Assembly: GCA_050014815.1 (NCBI GenBank)
Contig: JBEKCP010000001.1
Coordinates: 1-47,675 of the forward strand
DNA length: 47,675 bases
From: Thermoguttaceae bacterium
Lineage (GTDB): Bacteria > Planctomycetota > Planctomycetia > Pirellulales > Thermoguttaceae
Direction of reading: 5' to 3'
The position numbers and the translations under genes are program-made. Below are positions 7,144-14,840 of the stretch, one piece after another. The number at the start of each line of letters is the position of its first letter. Within the stretch, counting starts at the first letter, position 1. The notes under the pieces were generated by a model. It was not told the origin of the DNA. It was given only the letters and a program-made list of their open reading frames with translations, and made no database searches.

Positions 7144-10100
7144 TCAGTTGCCTCCTGGGCCGGCGTTGCCCAGCACGATCTTCCGGCCGTCGAAGGCGAC
7201 GGTTCGCCGTCCGACGGTCGCGCGGGCGTCCAGGCCCTTGCCCACGGCCTTCACCTCCGGCCCCTCGCCCTTCTGGATCGTCACGACGACGAAGAAGTTG
7301 CCGTCGGTCCCATCGGCGCCGTTGGCGAAAATGCCGGGGGCGGTGAAGGCGGCCTCGCCGCGATTGTACGTCTGCTGGAACTTGAGCGTCCGCACCCCGG
7401 CCTTGATCTGCGGGTCGGCCGGGCCGATAAAGGTCATCTTCATCGTCGCGCCGTCGGGTTTGGCGACCGTCACGGTGTTGCCCTGGACCTTGACGTTCTT
7501 GAAATCGCCCGCCGCGTCGGAGACCTTGTCGGACGACACGTCGGCCAGGTACCACGGCCAGACCTTGCTCTTGCCGCCGGTGATCTTGTCCACCAGAACG
7601 AAGAGGCAGGGGGCGCCACTGGCGCCGCTGTAGTCCACGGCATAGGCCCGCAGGCCCTGGATGCCCGAGTCCTCGAAGGTGGTCTCCTTGCGGACATTGC
7701 CGTACGCCCCGTAGCCGAGTTTGCGGCAATAGATCTCGTTCATGTCGGCCGTCAGCACGCCGGAGCCGTCCTTTTCCATCTTCACGAAACTGGTGAGCGC
7801 CCGGCCGGCGTCGTTGATCTGGTCCTCGGGCAACATGACGACCGGGTCGAAGCACCGCTTGTTGTCCAGCCGGACCGTCGGGTAGCCCATGTTCCATTGA
7901 TGGCCGAGGCCCATAATGCGGAACGTGCCGGCGTTGGGCATGTAGTAGCCCTTCGGGCGGTTCGATTTGAGCCAGACCTGGACGAGGAAATCGTCCTTCC
8001 CCTCCCAGCCGTTGCGGAAACCGTAGTAGCCGAAGTCCGGGGCTTCCCAGGTCAAGGGCATGACGCCCTTGGGCGGCTTGGGCTCCATGTCCAACGGATA
8101 GTTGACGAAAGCCCGCGGCGTAACATACCACTTCGCATTGGAGACGGCCTTGCCCGCGTCCGCCTTGCCCGTGATCCCCAAGGACCGGTTCCAGGCCCAG
8201 AGGACGGCCGGCTTCCATTCTTCCGGCACGATCGGGAAGTTGTAGGCGAAGTAGTCCGGGCCGATCCCGGTGGGGCCGTGGATCTCGTGAGTCACGGGCT
8301 CGCCCTTGTCGGGATAGACGTGCGCGAACACGCGCCGCGGCAGCGCGTGGCTGATGTCGCCCCACGGCGACAGGTCGCGGCCGAAGCAGATGCGATAGGC
8401 CGAGGCGTACATGGCCGGGTGCAGGCCGAGCTCGTACGATTCGGCGCTGGTGACCGACTGGGCCCCGCCGGTACCCACGCCCTCGCGAAACTGGAGAAAC
8501 ATGAGATAGCGGGTCACCTCGAACATGCGCTGGTAGTCCTGGTCCCAGCCGCCGGTGCGCTTCCACTCGGCCATGTCGTGTTGCCAGTCCTTCAGGGCGC
8601 GGGCGTGGCCTTCCTGGAATCGCGCCAGCACGGCCTTCGACGCCTCGAAGTCTTGCTCCGTGGCGCCGTCCAGTTTCGGCTGGAGCGAGTCCCACCGGGT
8701 CCTGACTCGCATGACGACCAGCATCGGATAGAGGCCCTTCTGCAGCTTGACAACCTGCCCGTCGGCCAGCGTGTGGCCGTTCAGGACGAGCTGCTGGCTG
8801 CCGAAGCGGGTGCCGCCCGCACGGACCTTCACCAGGCGCGGCTCGGCGTTGTCCAGCACGGAGTAGAGGCAGAGCGTCAGCGGGGCATCCTTGACCATTT
8901 CCGGTCCCGGCCCGCGCTTGACGTGCCCGGGACTGACCGATTTGCCGACGTTCAGGTAGACGCCGCCGGCGGGAGGCACGAACTCCGGGGCCAGCGGTTT
9001 GAACTCATACTTGACCCCTTCGAAGGTGAAGGCCGTGCCGGCGGTGGGGCGGCATTTCTCGACGCCGCCGGCGTCCCGCAGCGGGTCGGCCGCGATGATG
9101 GCCCGGACGGGCCCCGCGGCCAGCCACTTCGCCGGCGACTTGCCCGGCTCCAACGGCACGACGGGCACGTCCTTGCCCGGCTGGTAGTCGGCGGCCGGCG
9201 GCACCTCGGCGATCGGATCGAGGGCGGCGGGCGGGGCCGGCTCGGGCCCCTTCTCGCCCAGAAACGTCAACGCCCCCAGTGCCACGCCGTAGTAGAGCGA
9301 GCCCGCCTCGCCGTTGCCGTAGGTATATTGTCCCTGCGTGTTGAACATCCCGCGCTGCCACAGGATCCGCTCGGCCCAGGTCATGAGGTACCGCTCGATC
9401 CGCTTCTTGAACGCCTCGTCCCAGGCGTCGTAGCAGAGATCGTAGGCCACGGCCGGATGCTCCCAGACGTAGCCGTAGTGGAAGATGCCGTGGTGGGAGC
9501 CGGGCGTCTTGGCGTCTTTGAAGTTGCAGTTGAGCATCCGCTCGACGATCTCCCGCGCCTGCTCGGCATACTTCTTATCGCCGGTCAGTTGATACTGGAT
9601 GCCCAGGGTGATGGCGTCGTCGGCCTTCAGCGCGGCCTGGCCCAAGGGCGTCTTGGCCTTCTCCCGCAGCGCGGCTAAATCGCTCTTGCGGAAGAGGATC
9701 CTCGGGTGCTCGCCCGGGGCGATCGGCTCGGGATACGTGGTGTACTGTTTCGACGGCGGGAGGATACGGGCCTCGGCGCGGCCCTGGGCCGGCGCGCCGC
9801 GGAATGTACCGCTATAGGTCCCCTCGAATGCCCCGCCGCCTTTGGCCTTCAGGGCGATCTTGTAGTCGGCGGGTCCGCCCGGGACGTAGTTGTCGCCGCT
9901 GATGTTCATCGTGACGGTCAGGTCGATGGCCTGGTCCGAGACGGTCCCTTGTTCGACCAGCCCGAGTTGGAGGGCCGTGTTCAGGTCGCCGGCCACGCCG
10001 AGCACCTGCTCCCAACGCTCGCCCGAGCGGACGAGAAACAGCAGCAGCATGGCCCCGCCCTTGGGCTGTTCGTTTCCTTTCTGCCACGCCGCATCGTAGA

Positions 10101-10230
10101 GCTTCAGTTCGATCTGGGTCGGAGCAGGGGCGGCGGAGACGGCTGTCCCGCACGCCAGGAACCCAAGTCCGATCACCGCCGCCCCGGCGATCACAGCAAC
10201 ACGGCGATGTGTTACGATACTTCTCATCAT
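7144..10230 (-). CDS. secreted heparinase II/III-like (alpha/alpha-toroid + beta-sandwich) protein with an inserted jelly-roll module
   Basis: The track ORF 7144..10305 begins with GTG. I prefer ATGATG at 10230 because it gives MMRSIVTHRRVAVIAGAAVIGLGFLACGTAVSA and has GGGAGAA upstream. The stretches EHPRILFRKSDLAALREKAKTP...YQLTGDKKYAEQAREIVERML...WEHPAVAYDLCYDAW resemble the DUF4962/heparinase N-terminal toroid. The later stretches GFRNGWEGKDDFLVQVW...NAGTFRIMGLGHQWN...LFVLVDKI resemble the Hepar_II_III C-terminal sandwich. The lyase assignment is tentative. Confidence 0.6.
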   Translation of the reverse strand: MMRSIVTHRRVAVIAGAAVIGLGFLACGTAVSAAPAPTQIELKLYDAAWQKGNEQPKGGAMLLLFLVRSGERWEQVLGVAGDLNTALQLGLVEQGTVSDQAIDLTVTMNISGDNYVPGGPADYKIALKAKGGGAFEGTYSGTFRGAPAQGRAEARILPPSKQYTTYPEPIAPGEHPRILFRKSDLAALREKAKTPLGQAALKADDAITLGIQYQLTGDKKYAEQAREIVERMLNCNFKDAKTPGSHHGIFHYGYVWEHPAVAYDLCYDAWDEAFKKRIERYLMTWAERILWQRGMFNTQGQYTYGNGEAGSLYYGVALGALTFLGEKGPEPAPPAALDPIAEVPPAADYQPGKDVPVVPLEPGKSPAKWLAAGPVRAIIAADPLRDAGGVEKCRPTAGTAFTFEGVKYEFKPLAPEFVPPAGGVYLNVGKSVSPGHVKRGPGPEMVKDAPLTLCLYSVLDNAEPRLVKVRAGGTRFGSQQLVLNGHTLADGQVVKLQKGLYPMLVVMRVRTRWDSLQPKLDGATEQDFEASKAVLARFQEGHARALKDWQHDMAEWKRTGGWDQDYQRMFEVTRYLMFLQFREGVGTGGAQSVTSAESYELGLHPAMYASAYRICFGRDLSPWGDISHALPRRVFAHVYPDKGEPVTHEIHGPTGIGPDYFAYNFPIVPEEWKPAVLWAWNRSLGITGKADAGKAVSNAKWYVTPRAFVNYPLDMEPKPPKGVMPLTWEAPDFGYYGFRNGWEGKDDFLVQVWLKSNRPKGYYMPNAGTFRIMGLGHQWNMGYPTVRLDNKRCFDPVVMLPEDQINDAGRALTSFVKMEKDGSGVLTADMNEIYCRKLGYGAYGNVRKETTFEDSGIQGLRAYAVDYSGASGAPCLFVLVDKITGGKSKVWPWYLADVSSDKVSDAAGDFKNVKVQGNTVTVAKPDGATMKMTFIGPADPQIKAGVRTLKFQQTYNRGEAAFTAPGIFANGADGTDGNFFVVVTIQKGEGPEVKAVGKGLDARATVGRRTVAFDGRKIVLGNAGPGGN

Positions 10231-10301
10231 AGTTCTCCCGATGGTTCGTGTTAACTTGCGACACGCTGTTGCCCGCCACTGCGGCGGATGTGCATGGCCC
10301 C

Positions 10302-12056
10302 TCACTTCACCTCAAGCGACTGCCCGTGGATCGCGTGCAGTTTGAACCAGGCTTCGGCCTGCTCGCGGTCGGCGACCCAAAACATCTTCTTACGTTCCTG
10401 CGGCGCGACATCGGCCGCCCTGCGAACGAGGGGAATCGGGTTCCTGAGCCCTTCGGCCAGCAACCTCTTCTCCTCGGCCCGCCGCTTCGCCCGCTGGACC
10501 GCGTACTCCTTCGATTGTTCGACTTGCTTGTCGGTAGCCTCCTCGAACAGCGGACTGACCGCGCCCCAATTCACGCTACTCAGCCGCAGGACGACGAGCA
10601 TGGGATAGAGGCCCTTCTGGAGTTCGACGATCTGCCTGTGTTCGACGGGCACGCCGCCCAGCACGACTTGCAGGCGGCCGGCCACCGAAAATGGGGCGAC
10701 GAGCCTCACCCGCCTGGTTTCCGGCACCTCCAGCACGGTATAGCCCACGACGGTCAGGTCTTGCCCCCATTTTTTGAGCCCGTTCAACGAAATACCACCC
10801 TTGTCCGCGCCCGGCTTCCCGGCGATTGCCTTGAAGGTTGCCTCGTGACCGTCGATCGAGAGATTGTCGCCCGGCTTGGGGCGGAGCGCCTCCCAGCCGC
10901 CAAGGTTGGTCATCGGATCGTTCTTCATGGCGAACTTCACGTCGGTGCGGACCCAGGCCGACGGGCTGCGGCCGGCGACCAGCGGCGCCACCGGCACGCC
11001 CTCCGGCACGCGGTAGTCCCTGGCCGGCGGGATGGCGGCGAAGATGCCCGGGTTCTCAACTTCCTTGCCCACCAGGTATTCGCTCCCCGACGAAAGCAGA
11101 GGATAGTGCGGCTGGCGGAAGAGGTCCTCGACGGCAAACGGATCGATGACGTATCCGGTGGAGTCGTCGACCTGCTTCAACTCGATCGGGCCGTCGGTCG
11201 GATACTTGTCTTTCGGAACGCGGAGATCGAGGGCCTTGTCGATGAACACGGCCAGATAATCCCACACGCGATTGCGCGACATCCGCTGGGCCGGGTTGTC
11301 TTTTCCCGACGTCGATTCCGGGTAATCGCCGTGGCCGATGCCCTGGGCGACGACCTGGTGAGGCAGCCAGTTCTTCTGCGCGCGGTAGTTCAACAGCGAC
11401 GGCCGCACGTGGACGAACCACGTGCCGCCCCACTCCGATTCGCCGTTGGCGTTGACGTGCAGAATCGTCTCGCCCGCGAGCTTCGCCGAATCGGCTGGCG
11501 GCCAGGTGGGCGTCTCGGCATGGTACGAGATGCTGGCGATGGTCCGCTTGGGATGGTTCCACGCCATGACGATGGGGAACTTGCCGCGCGAGGATTTGCC
11601 CAGAACGATCCACGGGGCATGGCGGAACTCGGCAATGCCGGTCTTTTCGGCCAGAAAGTCGAGTATGCTTTGCACGTCGGGTTCGTCGCCGTTGCGGAGG
11701 TAGAGGATGGCCATCTCGTGTTTCGCCGCGACCGCACGGACGGCCGGGTGCATGGCGACCCCCATCGAGTCCGTGTTGTTGGGGACGATGAACAGGGCGC
11801 GGATGTGTTTCGCGCCCGGCGGGACCCAGGCCAGTAGCGGGGCCTTGACCACGCCGTCACGGCCCGGCTGGCCCAGCGGCACCTGGCGGGTCGCAAACCC
11901 GTAGGGCCAGTGCGGCAGTTCGGCCATTGCCGTCAGGTCTTTCGACTCTTGCCCCGGCTGGGGCGGCTCGGCAGCCGCCGCCACCGCGGCGGCGGCAAGG
12001 AGCAAGGACGCAAAGACTGCGGACCGATGCAACCAGCAGATCATGGAGAATGTCAT
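10302..12056 (-). CDS. secreted protein of unknown function; its C-terminal ~190 aa module is shared with the neighbouring 7144..10230 protein
   Basis: The track ORF is 10302..12140. I prefer ATG 12056 (MTFSMICWLHRSAVFASLLLAAAAVAAAA); ATG 12044 (MICWL...) is equally possible and parallels MIRWL of the next gene. The C-terminal stretch ...VPVAPLVAGRSPSAWV...IVELQKGLYPMLVVLRL... aligns with residues in 8551..9192 of the downstream gene. Confidence 0.8.
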   Translation of the reverse strand: MTFSMICWLHRSAVFASLLLAAAAVAAAAEPPQPGQESKDLTAMAELPHWPYGFATRQVPLGQPGRDGVVKAPLLAWVPPGAKHIRALFIVPNNTDSMGVAMHPAVRAVAAKHEMAILYLRNGDEPDVQSILDFLAEKTGIAEFRHAPWIVLGKSSRGKFPIVMAWNHPKRTIASISYHAETPTWPPADSAKLAGETILHVNANGESEWGGTWFVHVRPSLLNYRAQKNWLPHQVVAQGIGHGDYPESTSGKDNPAQRMSRNRVWDYLAVFIDKALDLRVPKDKYPTDGPIELKQVDDSTGYVIDPFAVEDLFRQPHYPLLSSGSEYLVGKEVENPGIFAAIPPARDYRVPEGVPVAPLVAGRSPSAWVRTDVKFAMKNDPMTNLGGWEALRPKPGDNLSIDGHEATFKAIAGKPGADKGGISLNGLKKWGQDLTVVGYTVLEVPETRRVRLVAPFSVAGRLQVVLGGVPVEHRQIVELQKGLYPMLVVLRLSSVNWGAVSPLFEEATDKQVEQSKEYAVQRAKRRAEEKRLLAEGLRNPIPLVRRAADVAPQERKKMFWVADREQAEAWFKLHAIHGQSLEVK

Positions 12057-12181
12057 GGCGATGTGACCCTGGGGTGGTAATTCGGGCAGGTGGGCAGGCA
12101 GGCAGGCGACCGGCCGCTGTGGAAGCCGGCGATCAAGCACCCATTATAACCTGCGCACGAAGCAATTGCAATAGTCGCACC

Positions 12182-14797
12182 TTACTCCAACGTCGGCCGG
12201 ACGGTCTCGCCGCGGAGTTGGGCCTGGCCGCCTTCCTTCTCGTAGACGCCGTAGAAGATCGAGCAGCAGTCGAGCCACAGCGCGATGCGGTGCCGCTCCT
12301 CATCGGTGAGTTTCACGTCGTAGTGGCCCTTCTCCAACAGCGGCAGGAGCTTCGATGCCCGGGCGCCGAAACGGCCAGGCGTGGTCCGATACGCATTGCC
12401 GTAGCTGTAGAAGCCGTACTTCGCCGCCAGGCTGTTGTAGGAGGCGTACCAGTGGCGGGCGATGGGCTCGCGGCCCAGGTTGGGCGCCTTGTCGCGGTGC
12501 TGGTCGTGACATGCCGCACAGTGCTTGTCCAGCACCGGCTGCACGAGCCGGGGATAGCTGAACGGGTTGGAGCCGTCCACGTCCGGTTGGGGCTGCGAGG
12601 GGCCGCGTCGCAGCGCCAGCGGCGTACTGGACAGGACCGCCGGGGCGCGGTGCCCCGGCTCATGGCAGCCCTGGCAAAGCAACTGCTCGCCCGGTTGCAC
12701 GCAGGCCGCCGACCGCATCGACTGCACGGCCAGCCCCTGCTCGTCGATCGCCTGGAAAAGCACTTCCTTCTGGGCCGGCACGACGAAATGGGCGCTGCCA
12801 TCCTCTTCGACCGGCACGGTGCCTAGCACGCTGCGGGCCAGCACGACCGAATCGCCGGCGGTCGGCTCGCGAAGGCCGATCTCGTGCGGCGGGCTGCCGG
12901 AAGGCACGGTCATGGGCAGGACCTGGAGGATCCTGAGCGACTTGATCTTCGTTCCCTCCGGCCAGGGCTTGTGGCTGTTGTAGACGTTGACGACCGCCAT
13001 GCCGCCCTCGGCCGGCTTGCCGTCCACGGAAACCACCCGCTCGCTACCCGGCAGACGCTCGATGCGCTCGGCCGCCAGCGCGGGCAGCGGCGACGGCGGG
13101 GCGGGCGGCTGCGGCCGCGGCCGCAACGGCATGGGACTCAGGCACGAGACGGCCGGGTCGCGGTAGATCAGCTCTTTGTTGCCGAAACTGTCCACCAGGC
13201 AGATGCCGTAGTTGAAGCGGCCGCCGGTGTTGCCTTCCATGCCCTCGCGGCCGCGAGCCAGATTGGCCAGGCCGTCATAGACGCACAGGTAATAGTCCTC
13301 GCTGAGCGGCCATGCGGTGCTGTAGACCTGCCGGCCGCCTTGCGACTCGGGGAATCCCACCTCCGGCGTCAGCCGCTTGACCGGCGCCATGGCATCGTCG
13401 TCGGCCACGTGCGGGTCGAGGACCACGAGCGACCCGAAGGCCTGACCGTGGTGCGGGGCGGCGGTGGCCACGTACTTGTGCGAGCCGGGGATGGCCAGGA
13501 TGTGCATTTCCATGTCGGGCCGGAGGTTCCGGGGGGCGAAGTTGCCGTGTACCGCCCGGCTGTCCCGCCCGTCGAGCGTCGTGATCCAAGGCAAATGGGC
13601 CGTGCAGCCGTGGCGATCGACGTAGTCCCATCGCGTGTAGATGATCCGGCCGTCGTGCGTGACGCTGGGGTGCCATTCGTTGGTCTCGTGGACGCTCAGC
13701 GGCCGGATGTCGGCGCCGTCGGCCGCCATGTCGTAAAGGGTGTAGGTGGGGCACGCCCGGCCGCATCTCAGGTAACCGCCGCGCCGCTCGGTGATGAAGG
13801 CGATCCGCCCGTTGGGCAGCCAGCAGGGGTGCAAGTCGTTCCACGTGCCGTCGGTCAACTGTTCCAGGCCGGTGCCGTCGGCGTTCATCTTGAAGATGTG
13901 GTACGCGCGGCCTTCATGCCAGTGGCCGCGGCTTGGATCTGTGTGCATGACTTGGCCCGTGGGCCCCCGGCACTCGACGTAGGCGAAGAGGATCGTCCGG
14001 CCGTCGTAGGAAAGACTGGGTGAAAGGAAGCTGCCCCCTTCGAGTTTCTCGCCCTTGAGCCGGCCGCGCTCGACCACGCTGCCGGCCGTTACGTTGCGCA
14101 GTCGGGGGTTGGGGCCAAACGGGTTGGCCAGCACGTAGAGTCCGCCGCCCGGCACGCCGTTGATGCCGTAGTACTGGTCGCACATGTGGTTGAATCGGGC
14201 CGGGTGCCGCTTGCAGAAGAGGATCTGGTCGAAGTCGAGGAGCGGATTGCACAAGGCAATCTTCCGCCGGAGACGGCAAAGGTCGCCGAACAACTCGAAG
14301 CGGGCCTCGGCGTCCTCGACCTTGACCGAGTCGGCCCGCGATTGCAACGGTTCCAACTGCCGGGCCAGCGGGGCCAGCGCCGCGGCGGCCGGCCCGCGCC
14401 GCAGGTCTGCCAGCAATGCCGCCGTCCGCCGCAGGACCACGTCGGCCGGGTCGCGGTCGCCCGCCAGGATCAGGGCCTCCGGGCGAAACGTCTGCGCGGC
14501 CCGGGCGGCGATCGTCCCGCGATTGCGGAGGTCCTCTCCCAGTGCGAAGAACTCGTTCTCGATTTCATGGAGCGGGTCGGCCGGGTCGGCGTGTCGGCGG
14601 GGGATGAGGACGGCCGGCGGCGCGGCTCGTTTCGGCGCCCGGCTGCCCGCCGCGGCCGCCTTCCTCTTGGGGGTCGGGTCGTCCTTTCCTGAGGTCGATT
14701 CCTGCCTCGACTGGGGCTGCTCCGCAACCGCCGCCATTGGGGCCGCTGCAAGGAGCAAGGATGCGAAGAGCGCGGACTGACTCAACCAGCGGATCAT
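12182..14797 (-). CDS. secreted TolB/PD40-like beta-propeller protein with two CxxCH c-type haem motifs (hydrazine-synthase-alpha-like domain order)
   Basis: 871 aa with an ATG start and signal MIRWLSQSALFASLLLAAAPMAAVA. Propeller blades: SLSYDGRTILFAY, MNADGTGLEQLTDGTWNDLHPCWLPNGRIAFITER, MAADGADIRPLSVHETNEWHPSVTHDGRIIYTRWDYVDRHG. The middle region FVVPAQKEVLFQAIDEQGLAVQSMRSAACVQPGEQLLCQGCHEPG carries CQGCH at 12662..12676. The C-terminal region LVQPVLDKHCAACHDQH carries CAACH at 12506..12520 and looks like a planctomycete cytochrome domain. Confidence 0.85.
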   Translation of the reverse strand: MIRWLSQSALFASLLLAAAPMAAVAEQPQSRQESTSGKDDPTPKRKAAAAGSRAPKRAAPPAVLIPRRHADPADPLHEIENEFFALGEDLRNRGTIAARAAQTFRPEALILAGDRDPADVVLRRTAALLADLRRGPAAAALAPLARQLEPLQSRADSVKVEDAEARFELFGDLCRLRRKIALCNPLLDFDQILFCKRHPARFNHMCDQYYGINGVPGGGLYVLANPFGPNPRLRNVTAGSVVERGRLKGEKLEGGSFLSPSLSYDGRTILFAYVECRGPTGQVMHTDPSRGHWHEGRAYHIFKMNADGTGLEQLTDGTWNDLHPCWLPNGRIAFITERRGGYLRCGRACPTYTLYDMAADGADIRPLSVHETNEWHPSVTHDGRIIYTRWDYVDRHGCTAHLPWITTLDGRDSRAVHGNFAPRNLRPDMEMHILAIPGSHKYVATAAPHHGQAFGSLVVLDPHVADDDAMAPVKRLTPEVGFPESQGGRQVYSTAWPLSEDYYLCVYDGLANLARGREGMEGNTGGRFNYGICLVDSFGNKELIYRDPAVSCLSPMPLRPRPQPPAPPSPLPALAAERIERLPGSERVVSVDGKPAEGGMAVVNVYNSHKPWPEGTKIKSLRILQVLPMTVPSGSPPHEIGLREPTAGDSVVLARSVLGTVPVEEDGSAHFVVPAQKEVLFQAIDEQGLAVQSMRSAACVQPGEQLLCQGCHEPGHRAPAVLSSTPLALRRGPSQPQPDVDGSNPFSYPRLVQPVLDKHCAACHDQHRDKAPNLGREPIARHWYASYNSLAAKYGFYSYGNAYRTTPGRFGARASKLLPLLEKGHYDVKLTDEERHRIALWLDCCSIFYGVYEKEGGQAQLRGETVRPTLE

Positions 14798-14840
14798 GGG
14801 GTCTGAAACCTCAGATTTCGGATGTCAACTGACGGAAAAT

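Noticed and set aside
10231-10305. A GTG start at 10305 that would give a GTGA overlap with the stop of the upstream gene (translational coupling).
   Set aside because: The extra 25 residues (MRGHAHPPQWRATACRKLTRTIGRT) do not look like part of a signal peptide. ATGATG at 10230 has GGGAGAA upstream and starts a clean signal sequence. Coupling cannot be excluded.
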